NCBI GenBank assembly: GCA_027306925.1
Contig: DAHUXW010000100.1
Span: 1-53,855, forward strand
Length of the DNA: 53,855 nucleotides
Reading direction: 5' to 3'
Source of the DNA: Acidimicrobiaceae bacterium
Lineage (GTDB): Bacteria; Actinomycetota; Acidimicrobiia; Acidimicrobiales; Bog-793
In this document: piece by piece, positions 1-8,228 of the stretch
Layout of the letters: the number at the start of each line of letters is the position of its first letter
Numbering within the stretch: the stretch's first letter is position 1
Notes under the pieces: model-generated
What the model was told of the DNA's origin: nothing
The model's database searches: none
The model's input: the letters and a program-made list of their open reading frames with translations, nothing else
Position numbers and translations under genes: made by a program

Positions 1-74
1 CTGTGGTGCAGCTCGGAGTGCACGCCGGCCTGTCAAGCCGGAGGTCGCGGGTTCAAATCCCGTCAGGTCCGCCA
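1..74 (+). tRNA. tRNA-Asp(GTC), first few 5' bases cut off by the window edge
   Basis: Anticodon arm CCGGC-CTGTCAA-GCCGG (GTC at 32-34), T-arm GCGGG-TTCAAAT-CCCGT, 3' end CAGGTCCG-CCA. Confidence 0.95.
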
Positions 75-155
75 CCCGGCTCCCGCCGGCCGCACGGGCA
101 CGCCACGAGGTCGGCCTCGGGGGCGTAGATTCGAGCGGCCGACTGGTGCCGGCGA

Positions 156-228
156 GGTCGGGTAGCTCAGTTGGCAGAGCGCGCGCCTGAAAAGCGCGAG
201 GTCACCGGATCGACGCCGGTCCCGACCA
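156..228 (+). tRNA. tRNA-Phe(GAA)
   Basis: Acceptor stem GGTCGGG/CCCGACC, D-arm GCTC-AGTTGGCA-GAGC, anticodon arm CGCGC-CTGAAAA-GCGCG, T-arm ACCGG-ATCGACG-CCGGT. CCA is not encoded. Confidence 0.93.
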
Positions 229-262
229 CACAGGAAATGGCTATCTACCAGGTATTTCCCAT

Positions 263-784
263 TTGAGTTTGTCGCTCGTCCAAGTGCTCGAAACAGAGAC
301 GGTGCTCGAGGAGCTGCAAGAGGCTGAGACACAGAAGCTGATCCGCCGAGGAACTTCGCCGGAGGCTGCTGAACTCCGTGCCGTGACGCGAATCGCGAAT
401 ATGCGTCATGCCTTTGACGACAGCGAGGTGCCAGAAGCCTCTTACCGGGCGCTCGAAGGGATGTTCGGGTTGCCCGACGCGGATGACGAGCACGTAGTCG
501 CGGCAGCGGTTGTGGGCGGAGCCGGTCTTATCGTCACGGAGAACCTCAAAGACTTCCCCGCGGCTTTGCTCCCCTACGGGATGGCGGTCTCGCATCCGAA
601 CGAGTTCCTCTTCGGCTCCGTCCAAATTGACACGTCTGGCGCGGCTCGGGCCATCGGACGCCTCGCGGCTCGAAGCGGCCGTTTCGGACCGCAGATGACA
701 TTCGACGACGTGCTCGACGCTCTCCAACGTCGCTACGGCGCAGACGACTGCGTACGGATGCTTCAGATTGGGCCCCGTCTCTAG
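263..784 (+). CDS. PIN-domain (VapC-like) protein, probably 5'-truncated
   Basis: LPDADDEHVVAAAVVGGAGLIVTENLKDFP is a typical PIN motif; the usual N-terminal strand with the first acidic residue is missing. Confidence 0.75.
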   Translation: MSLSLVQVLETETVLEELQEAETQKLIRRGTSPEAAELRAVTRIANMRHAFDDSEVPEASYRALEGMFGLPDADDEHVVAAAVVGGAGLIVTENLKDFPAALLPYGMAVSHPNEFLFGSVQIDTSGAARAIGRLAARSGRFGPQMTFDDVLDALQRRYGADDCVRMLQIGPRL

Positions 785-789
785 TCGCC

Positions 790-887
790 CGGCTCGGAGC
801 TGGGGTGTCTCGTCGAGCCGACCATGTGGCGCGTGCAACGACCTGTCTCGCCGTCGCGGGCACGTTTTCGTCGAGCTTGACCTTCAC
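790..887 (-). pseudogene. DUF5615-like PIN toxin, N-terminal fragment only
   Basis: Starts MKVKLDENVP at a GTG overlapping the DUF433 stop; similarity ends after ~20 codons where it meets the opposite-strand PIN gene. The left boundary is approximate. Confidence 0.6.
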
Positions 888-1126
888 CCTTGGGTCGGAT
901 CGAGCGGACCGATCTCGTCACGAGCGAGCGCCGCTGCGTGAGCGAGCGCGGCGTGGACTACTCCTTGGGACAAGGTCGGGTACTCCTTGCGCAGTGCTTC
1001 CTCACTCATGCCATCCGCCAGGCAATCGAGCACGACGGTCACCGGAACGCGGGTGCCACGGACCACCGCCTGACCGTGCAGCACGGCGGGGTCCGACGTG
1101 ATCAAGTCGAGAAGCTCCCAAGACAT
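884..1126 (-). CDS. DUF433 family antitoxin-like protein
   Basis: ITSDPAVLHGQAVVRGTRVPVTVVLDCLADGMSEEALRKEYPTL is the DUF433 signature; 80 aa from the ATG at 1126. Confidence 0.88.
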   Translation of the reverse strand: MSWELLDLITSDPAVLHGQAVVRGTRVPVTVVLDCLADGMSEEALRKEYPTLSQGVVHAALAHAAALARDEIGPLDPTQG

Positions 1127-1262
1127 GCCACCATGGTCGCGCCCGAGCGGACGCACTGCTGCCGTCGGCTCGCGCCAACCGAGGACCATTTCGACGCCGG
1201 CCCGTGGCACCTCGGGCGAAGCACCGCTCGGTCCGTACCGGTCGCCGGGTGCGGCCCTCGGA

Positions 1263-1302
1263 AGGACGCGAAAATGACGCGCGAGGACGCGAAAAGGACG
1301 CG
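1263..1302. repeat. Four helically phased GACGCG repeats (putative integrase arm-type sites)
   Basis: GACGCG at 1265, 1276, 1286 and 1297 (spacing 11/10/11), about 120 bp inside the att repeat. Confidence 0.55.
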
Positions 1303-1419
1303 AATTCGTCGACACTGGGCGTTACAGAGCGGCGCCAAATAGGCCAGAGAAAGTGACTCTTACCAGGGAGAACGTCGGCCGAGCAGGACGGACGTCCGTT
1401 CGGAATTGACCCCGGATTA

Positions 1420-1465
1420 CGCCTGAAAAGCGCGAGGCCGCCGGATCGACGCCGCTCCCGGCCAC
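1420..1465 (+). repeat. att site: displaced 3' half of tRNA-Phe
   Basis: CGCCTGAAAAGCGCGAGGCCGCCGGATCGACGCCGCTCCCGGCCAC is 42/46 identical to 184-229. Confidence 0.88.
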
Positions 1466-1847
1466 GGCGAGCTTCCGGTTCCCGGCGTTGTTGTCGCTGA
1501 CGCGGGCTTGCCGGAGCGGCTGTCGCGCCGCGGCGGACCGGTCATCGGCGGTCGCGCGCGCGACGCCGTGGCGGATGGCCGTGGTCGCCGACCGTGTCCC
1601 GTGCGCACGCGGTGAGGTACCGGTCGGCCGCTCGCAGGTCGGCGACGCCCGAGGCCGCGAGCCGACGGCGAGCACCGCCGGTCGCACGGACCCGCTGGCG
1701 CACGAGCGTGCCGGACACGGGCCGAGCGCGGGTCCGGCCGCGCCCGCGCGAGGATCGCGCGATGCGGCAGCCTCCCGCCCGAAGAGCGCGATGGGCGGCT
1801 ACGGCGCTCGCATCGGAGTCCCGGCGCGGCGCAGGTCGGCGCGCCCC

Positions 1848-2240
1848 GTGACGGACGGGCTCGCGGCGGTCCTCGCCGGACTCACCGTCCGCCGGCGGCC
1901 CGGGAGCTGGTGCGTCGTCACCGGACCCGCGCCACCGGCCGGCGCGACCGTCGTTGCGAGCGTCGTCGAGGACGAGGGGACGACGTCGGTCATCCGGCTC
2001 GAGGACGCGCGGCGAGCCGGGATCCCGGTCGATTTCGTCGCCGCGTGGCTCACCGTGGAGGTCGTCACCGGGCTCGAGCTCGTCGGGCTCACGGCCGCGA
2101 TCGCCCACGCCCTCGCCGTCGAGGGCATCGCGTGCAACGTGCTCGCCGGCTACTACCACGACCACCTCCTCGTGCCGGTCGACGAAGCCGACCGCGCGCT
2201 CGCCGCGCTCGCCGCGCTGCGCGAGGCGCATCCGGGCTGA
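1848..2240 (+). CDS. ACT domain-containing protein (DUF2241/ACT_7-like)
   Basis: EDEGTT, LELVGLTAAIAHALA and IACNVLAGYYHDHLLVP motifs. GTG start inferred. Confidence 0.82.
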   Translation: MTDGLAAVLAGLTVRRRPGSWCVVTGPAPPAGATVVASVVEDEGTTSVIRLEDARRAGIPVDFVAAWLTVEVVTGLELVGLTAAIAHALAVEGIACNVLAGYYHDHLLVPVDEADRALAALAALREAHPG

Positions 2241-2373
2241 GGCGCTCGGCGGCTGAGACCGTCCGCGGCGGTGCTCCGCCGACGCACGGGCCGCACCGCG
2301 CGGAGCACGCTCCTGGCGGCCACGTGTCCGGGCTGCAAGGCTCGGGGCGACCGAGCGACGAGGGAGGTCCGCC

Positions 2374-3762
2374 ATGTCGGTGCGGCGCGACGCGTACGAC
2401 GACGCGCTCGCTCGCGCGCACGAGCACGCGAAGGCGTGGCTCGACACGGTCGGCACGCGCCGCGTCGGTCCGAGAGAGCCCGCCGACGTCCTTCGCGAGG
2501 GTTTCGCCGTCGCGCTCCCCGAGGGACCGACCGCGGCGTCGGACGTCGTGGACCTCCTCGCCGAGCTCGCCGAGCCCGGTCTCATGGCGATCGGGTCGGG
2601 GCGCTTCTTCGGCTGGGTCATGGGCGGCACCCTGCCCGCGGCGCTCGCGGCGGACTGGCTCGTGAGCGCGTGGGACCAGAACGCGGCGATGCGCTACGCG
2701 ACTCCGGCATGCGTAGCGGCGGAGGAGGCCGCGGCCGCCTGGCTCCTCGACCTGCTCGGCCTCCCCGCAGCTTCCGGCGTCGGCTTCGTCACGGGATGCA
2801 CGATGGCGAGCTTCGCCTGCCTCGCAGCCGCGCGGACCGCCGTGCTCGCCCGGGTCGGGTGCGACGTCGCGCGCGACGGCCTGGCCGGCGGCCCGGCCGT
2901 GCGGGTCCTCGTCGGCGCAGAGCGGCACGACTCGATCGACCTCGCGCTCCGCTATCTCGGCCTCGGCGCGCCGACCGCGGTCGAGGCGGACTCCCAGGGA
3001 AGGATCCGGGTCGACGCGCTCGAGGGCGCGCTGTCGGGCACCGACGGGCCGACCATCGTCTGCCTCCAGGCGGGGAACCTCCACTCGGGCGCGTTCGACC
3101 CGATGTCGGAGGCGATCGAGGTCGCGCACGCAAACGGCGCATGGGTCCACGTCGACGGGGCGTTCGGGCTGTGGGCCGCAGCAGCCCCGGCCCTTCGCGA
3201 GCTGACTGTCGGCCTAGCGGGCGCGGACTCCTGGGCCACCGACGCCCACAAGACGCTGAACGTCCCATACGACTGCGGCATAGCGATCGTCGCCGACCCG
3301 GCGACGATGCGCGGTTCGCTCGGTGTGCACACGAGCTACGTGATCGCGGACGACACCGGGGCGGGCGACCCGATCGACCGGGTGCCGGAGCTCTCACGGC
3401 GTGCTCGCGGCGTCCCCGTGTGGGCCGCGCTACGGTCGCTCGGTCGCAGCGGGACGGCCGAGCTCGTCGACCGACTCGTGCGCCACGCGCGCTCGCTCGC
3501 AACGGAGCTCGAGCGCGTCGAGGGCGTCACCGTGTTGAACGACGTCGTCTACACCCAGGTGTGCGTCGCGTTCGAGGACGACGAGACGACCCGAGCGGTG
3601 ACCGAGCGCGTGATCGCAGACGGGACCGCGTGGATGTCGGGATCCCGTTGGCAGGGGCGCCAGGTGCTCCGCATCTCCGTGAGCAACTGGTCGACCGACG
3701 AGCGCGACGTACGTCGCTCGGTCGACGCGGTCGCCCGAGCGCTTGCCGAGGTGCGCGGCTGA
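2374..3762 (+). CDS. PLP-dependent (group II) amino acid decarboxylase
   Basis: WVHVDGAFG and DSWATDAHK (PLP lysine); GGAGG SD upstream. Confidence 0.93.
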   Translation: MSVRRDAYDDALARAHEHAKAWLDTVGTRRVGPREPADVLREGFAVALPEGPTAASDVVDLLAELAEPGLMAIGSGRFFGWVMGGTLPAALAADWLVSAWDQNAAMRYATPACVAAEEAAAAWLLDLLGLPAASGVGFVTGCTMASFACLAAARTAVLARVGCDVARDGLAGGPAVRVLVGAERHDSIDLALRYLGLGAPTAVEADSQGRIRVDALEGALSGTDGPTIVCLQAGNLHSGAFDPMSEAIEVAHANGAWVHVDGAFGLWAAAAPALRELTVGLAGADSWATDAHKTLNVPYDCGIAIVADPATMRGSLGVHTSYVIADDTGAGDPIDRVPELSRRARGVPVWAALRSLGRSGTAELVDRLVRHARSLATELERVEGVTVLNDVVYTQVCVAFEDDETTRAVTERVIADGTAWMSGSRWQGRQVLRISVSNWSTDERDVRRSVDAVARALAEVRG

Positions 3763-3792
3763 CCGTGCGGCGGGCCCGGTAGCACCCGGACG

Positions 3793-4239
3793 ATGACGCA
3801 CCCGGGCACGACGGGAGCGACCGCGCTCGTCGTCGCGGACGCCCAACCCAACATGCTCGTCGGTGCCGGAGCCGCGCCCGAGGCGGCCGAGCTCCGCGGC
3901 GTGCTCGGCGAGCGGGTCGTGAACAAGTCGGTCTCCGACACCTTCGCGGCGAACCCGCCCCTCGCGGCCGAGCTGTGGTCTGCCGGCGTGCGCCGTCTCG
4001 TGGTCGTCGGCCTCCAGAGCGAGCACTGCGTCCGCGCGACGAGCCTCGGCGCGCTCGACGCGGGCTTCGCGGTCCTCCTCCCGAGCTAGGAGCACGCGTC
4101 CTACGGCGACGGCGCCGCCGGGGCGAGGGCGATCTCGGACGCGGCCGAGCAGGAGCTCGCGGCCGCGGGTGTCTCGATCGTGCACGCCGCGAAGGTCGCG
4201 TTCGGACCGGCCTCGCACGTGGCGGACCGCCGCGGCTAG
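3793..4239 (+). pseudogene. Isochorismatase/cysteine hydrolase family, in-frame stop plus internal deletion
   Basis: ALVVADAQ, K..SDTF and GLQSEHCVRAT motifs. TAG at 4087-4089 is followed in frame by EHASYGDG...ELAAAGV to 4239. The segment normally between the first helix and GERVVNK is missing. Confidence 0.72.
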
Positions 4240-4311
4240 ACATCGACCGGGCCGGCGCGACGGGACGTCGCGGCCGTGCCGCGGCTAGGGGCGCCGGGGC
4301 GGGAGCGGGGG

Positions 4312-5895
4312 ATGGCACTGCGAGAGACATTCGACGTCGTGGTCGCCGGCGCCGGCCACAACAGCCTGATCGCCGCCGCGTACCTCGCGCGGGCGGGCCT
4401 GCGCTGCCTCGTGCTCGACGCCCGGCCGGTCGTCGGCGGCGACACCGCGACCGAGGAGCTCACGCTCCCGGGCTTCCTACACGACAGCTGTTCGACCGCG
4501 CACAACCTCATCCAGACCTCGCCGACGCTCCGCGACGACGAGCTCGGGCTCTTCGAGCTCGGGCTCGAGTACCTCTACCCGGACCCCGTCGCGCACGTGC
4601 CGTTCCCGGACGGCACCTCGATCACGCAGTGGCGCGACATCGACCGGACGTGCGACGAGCTCGCGCGCTTCTCGGTCCGCGACGCCGCCGCCTACCGGCG
4701 GCTGATCGACGAGTACGCCGCGATCGCCCCGGTCGTCGGCGCGTACCGCTACACGCCGATCGGGTGGGGCCCGTCGCTCGGCGACGCCCTGCTCGCGCGA
4801 GACGGCGGGGCGCGTTGGGTGCGGCGCGCGGCCGGCAGCGCCTGGGAGGCCATCGCCGCGACGTTCGAGGAGGAGCACGTGCGCGCCTTCATGGCGTGGA
4901 TGGCGTTCATGACGATCCAGCCGCTCGAGCAGCCGGGGACGGGCCTCAACGCGTACTCGCTCGTATTCGGTCGCCAGCGGCACAGCTGGGTCGTGCCGCG
5001 CGGCGGCTCCGGGGCGCTCCCCGCCGCGCTCGCCCGCGTGATCGAGGCGGGCGGCGGGCAGCTCCGCACCGGCGAGCGGGTCACCGGGCTGTGCATCGAG
5101 CACGGGCGGTGCGTCGGGGTGGAGACCGAGCTGGGTGACCGCTACGACGCGACGCGCGCCGTGCTCTCGACGATCCACGTGAAGCACCTCCTCGAGATGG
5201 CGCCCGCCGCCTCTTGGGACGACGGCTTCCGGTACGCGATCGACTCGTGGCAGCCCGGGATCGCGATGTTCGTCACGCACTATGCGCTGCGCGGGCCGCT
5301 CGAGTACCCGGGTGACGCCGGTCCGGTGCGCCCACTCGCGTCCGGCACGCCCGTGTCCTCACTTCGCATGCGCGACCTCGAGGTCGACGTGCGGCGCGGC
5401 CGGGTCGCGCTCGACGACCCGCCGCTGCTCGTGCTCTGCCCGACCGCGCTCGACGCGAGCCGGGCGCCGGCGGGGGCGCACACGCTGAAGGTCGTCGGCT
5501 TCCATCCCTACGACATCGAGGGCGGGGCCCGGCGCTGGGACGAGATCGCGGACGAGGTCTCCGACGCGCACCTCGCCCATCTCCGACGGTACGCGCCGGG
5601 CCTCACCGACGAGACGATCCTCGCGAGGAGCGTCCACAGCCCGATCGACCTCGAGCGGGCGAACGCGCACAACTGGCACGGGTCGTGCCACGGCGGCGAC
5701 TCGGGTCCCGCGCAGTCCGGGGCGCTCCGGCCGGCTGCGGGCTGGGCGACGCACCGGATGCCGATCGACGGCCTCTACCAGACGGGCTCGACGACCCATC
5801 CCGGAGGCTCGGTCTCCGGCGCGCCGGGGCGGAACGCCGCGATGGTCATGCTCGCGGACTTCGGGCTCGACCTCGGCGAGGTCGTCGCGCGCTGA
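4312..5895 (+). CDS. Phytoene desaturase family FAD-dependent oxidoreductase
   Basis: N-terminal VVVAGAGHNSL dinucleotide fold; C-terminal GLYQTGSTTHPGGSVSGAPGRNAA. Confidence 0.9.
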   Translation: MALRETFDVVVAGAGHNSLIAAAYLARAGLRCLVLDARPVVGGDTATEELTLPGFLHDSCSTAHNLIQTSPTLRDDELGLFELGLEYLYPDPVAHVPFPDGTSITQWRDIDRTCDELARFSVRDAAAYRRLIDEYAAIAPVVGAYRYTPIGWGPSLGDALLARDGGARWVRRAAGSAWEAIAATFEEEHVRAFMAWMAFMTIQPLEQPGTGLNAYSLVFGRQRHSWVVPRGGSGALPAALARVIEAGGGQLRTGERVTGLCIEHGRCVGVETELGDRYDATRAVLSTIHVKHLLEMAPAASWDDGFRYAIDSWQPGIAMFVTHYALRGPLEYPGDAGPVRPLASGTPVSSLRMRDLEVDVRRGRVALDDPPLLVLCPTALDASRAPAGAHTLKVVGFHPYDIEGGARRWDEIADEVSDAHLAHLRRYAPGLTDETILARSVHSPIDLERANAHNWHGSCHGGDSGPAQSGALRPAAGWATHRMPIDGLYQTGSTTHPGGSVSGAPGRNAAMVMLADFGLDLGEVVAR

Positions 5896-6796
5896 CGCGC
5901 GCGGCCGGGCGCGGGACCGAGAAGCGCCCGTCGGGGTCCGGTCGCGCGAGGGCGCGACCGGAGGGCCGGCGCCCGGGGCGCTCGGACGTCGGGAGCCCGT
6001 CGAGCCACGCGAGCGCGTGCTCGTAGCCGATCTCGAGCAGCCGGTGGGTGTGGCGAAGGCCGGCCATCGGGGCGCGCACCCGCGGCGCGGGGATCACGTG
6101 GAGCTGCGCGGACAGGGCCGTGCGCGTCCCGTCGAGCCCGTCGCGCACGGACGCGACCTGGCCCGGCATCGTCGGGAGCACGAAGAGGCGGGTCGCACCG
6201 AGCGCGAGGGCCTGGCGCACCGGCACGTCCGCGGCGAGGCTCCCGTCGACGAGCACCGTGCCACCGTGCGCGACGGGCGGGAGGAGCCGGGGCACCGCGC
6301 TGCTCGCGAGCAGCGCGGTCACGACGTCGCCGGACTCGAGCACGACCGCCCGGCGCGAGCCGCGTTCGGTCGCGACGACCGCGAGCGGTATCGGCGCCTC
6401 CTCGAGGCGCTCGAAGCCCACGAAGGACTCGAGCACCGATCGCAGGCCGGACGAGTCGAAGAGGTGACCGCCGCGCCGGACGAGCCCGCGCAGCGCCGTT
6501 GGGGCGTCGAGGCGCAAGATGTCGCTCCGCCGGAGCGAGCGCCAGAATCGGGCGATCTCGGCGATGCCGTCGAGATCCGCGCGACTCGACAGGAAGGCGC
6601 CGTTGATCGCGCCGACGGACGTCCCGACGATCAGCCCCGGGCGGATGTCGCGCTCGACGAGCGCGTAGGCCATGCCGACCTGCAGCGCGCCGAGGTTCCC
6701 CCCGCCGCCGAGGACGAACGCCGGGCAGTCCGCGTCGCCCGTCGGGCCGCCGGGCTCGCGCGCGCCCGCCGGCCCCGCGCGCTCCGACGTCGTCAT
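5846..6796 (-). CDS. Patatin-like phospholipase
   Basis: GGGGNLG oxyanion motif, GTSVG nucleophile, DGS catalytic Asp. Start inferred. Confidence 0.88.
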   Translation of the reverse strand: MTTSERAGPAGAREPGGPTGDADCPAFVLGGGGNLGALQVGMAYALVERDIRPGLIVGTSVGAINGAFLSSRADLDGIAEIARFWRSLRRSDILRLDAPTALRGLVRRGGHLFDSSGLRSVLESFVGFERLEEAPIPLAVVATERGSRRAVVLESGDVVTALLASSAVPRLLPPVAHGGTVLVDGSLAADVPVRQALALGATRLFVLPTMPGQVASVRDGLDGTRTALSAQLHVIPAPRVRAPMAGLRHTHRLLEIGYEHALAWLDGLPTSERPGRRPSGRALARPDPDGRFSVPRPAARVSARRPRRGRARSPRA

Positions 6797-6830
6797 CGAC
6801 CCGGCCCCCGTCCACGTCCGACAGATCACC

Positions 6831-8078
6831 TCATTGCGCGCGCAACATATCAGGGGCGCGAAGCTCTGTCGAGCGGCTCCGCGCGCGAAGTGCGGCCGCG
6901 CCGGCGAGCGCGACCCCGAGGACGGCCGCCGTGGCGAGCTGAGCGGCGCCGAACGCGCGACGCGCGCCGACATGGCCGAACAGCGCGCCCGCCGCGATCG
7001 GGCAGGCCACCGCGGTCGCGGCCCACGCGAGGTTCAACAGGCCGGTCGCGACGCCGACGCCGGCCCCGGCGCCCACGCGCCGCGACTCCGCCGCGGCGAG
7101 CGGGTAGGCCACGCTCCAGAGCACGGCTCGGCTCGCGGTCACCGCGCACAGCGTCGCGACGACCGCCGCGACCGCCGTGCTCGCGGCCGCGACCGTCAGT
7201 ATCGCGACGAGCACGCCCATCGCGACGAACGCCGTGCGCGCGCGGACCACCCGGCGGCCCGCTGTCGAGACCGCCGCGCTCGCTGCGACGAACACGACAC
7301 CCGAGAGCGCGAACACGAGACCGATCCCACCGGTGGAGATGCGCGCGCGGTGGAGCTCGAGCGGGACGAGCAGGCTCGAGACGCTCGCCGCGACGCCGGC
7401 GGCGACGACCGCCGCGACGGTTCCGGGCCGACCGAGCAGCGCGGCGAGCTGAGCTCCCGTGCGGACGGCGGCGCGACGCACGGCCGGCCGCGAGCCGGGC
7501 GCCGCGGTCAGTGCCAACGTGACCGTCGCGAGCGCGACCCCGGTGACGACAAAGGGCGTGGCGAGGCCCCACCTGGCCGCGAGGAAGCCGGTGAGCGCGG
7601 GTCCGGCGACGCCACCGACCCCCGAGGCCGCGACGGCGCCGCCGAGCGCGCTCGGCCCCGCGGCGACCTCGTCGAGCCAGGCGAGCCCGGCGGTCCACGC
7701 GATTCCGTAGCCGAAGCCGAAGCCGAGCCGGGACGCGAGCAGCGCGCCGTACGAAGGCGCGAGACCCTGTGTGCACGCCGCGACCGCCATCAGCCAACCG
7801 GCGAGGAGCGTGAGCCGCCGCGCGCCGAGGCGGTCCGTGAGGCGCCCTGCGGGGAGCGCGACGCAGAAGGTCGCGAGCGCGGTCATCGACAGCAGCAGGC
7901 CGGTGCCGGTGCCGGAGAGGTGGAACCGGCGCGTGTACGAAGGGAGCACGGGAGCGATGCCCACCTGCAGGCTCGAGCTCACGAGGACGACCGCGTAGAC
8001 GAGCGCCGCGACACGCCGGCCCGGTCCGGCGGCGGGCGCGATCGCTCGTGCGGGGTCGACGCCGTCCGATGTGCCCAC
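6831..8078 (-). CDS. MFS transporter
   Basis: About 12 hydrophobic segments and motif A GRLTDRLGARR. GTG start after a GAGG SD. Confidence 0.88.
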   Translation of the reverse strand: MGTSDGVDPARAIAPAAGPGRRVAALVYAVVLVSSSLQVGIAPVLPSYTRRFHLSGTGTGLLLSMTALATFCVALPAGRLTDRLGARRLTLLAGWLMAVAACTQGLAPSYGALLASRLGFGFGYGIAWTAGLAWLDEVAAGPSALGGAVAASGVGGVAGPALTGFLAARWGLATPFVVTGVALATVTLALTAAPGSRPAVRRAAVRTGAQLAALLGRPGTVAAVVAAGVAASVSSLLVPLELHRARISTGGIGLVFALSGVVFVAASAAVSTAGRRVVRARTAFVAMGVLVAILTVAAASTAVAAVVATLCAVTASRAVLWSVAYPLAAAESRRVGAGAGVGVATGLLNLAWAATAVACPIAAGALFGHVGARRAFGAAQLATAAVLGVALAGAAALRARSRSTELRAPDMLRAQ

Positions 8079-8091
8079 CGCCACCACCTCG

Positions 8092-8147
8092 AGCCGACCG
8101 CTCTGCGCAGCCGACCGCTCTGCGCAGCCGACCGCTCTGCGCAGCCG
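8092..8147. repeat. Tandem repeat, 17 bp x 3.3 (AGCCGACCGCTCTGCGC)
   Basis: Perfect units start at 8092, 8109 and 8126, with a partial unit at 8143. Confidence 0.92.
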
Positions 8148-8228
8148 CGCCGACCACCGGCACGCGGCGCGCGCCTGCGGCGCTGCGGACCGATCGTAAC
8201 GTGAAGGATTTCGAGATATCGTCGAGCT

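Larger units (their letters stand above)
184..1465. mobile_element. Remnant genomic island integrated at tRNA-Phe, no integrase retained
   Basis: 46-bp direct repeat of the tRNA 3' part (184-229 vs 1420-1465, 4 mismatches) flanks visibly less GC-rich DNA that carries toxin-antitoxin genes and phased GACGCG repeats. Confidence 0.8.

Noticed and set aside
1420-1465. Second functional tRNA-Phe
   Set aside because: It lacks the 5' acceptor strand and D-arm and has a T-stem mismatch; better explained as an att repeat.
4087-4089. Pyrrolysine or programmed amber readthrough
   Set aside because: No pyl genes in the window, the position is not catalytic, and the gene has a second lesion.
4312-5895. 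Carotenoid biosynthesis gene crtI
   Set aside because: No crtB or crtE neighbours; the motifs fit the broader phytoene-desaturase-like oxidoreductase family.
8198-8213. AACGTGA(A)GGATTTCG resembles a minus-strand sequence upstream of pilA (about 28170-28184)
   Set aside because: Only two gapped instances in functionally unrelated promoters; chance cannot be excluded.
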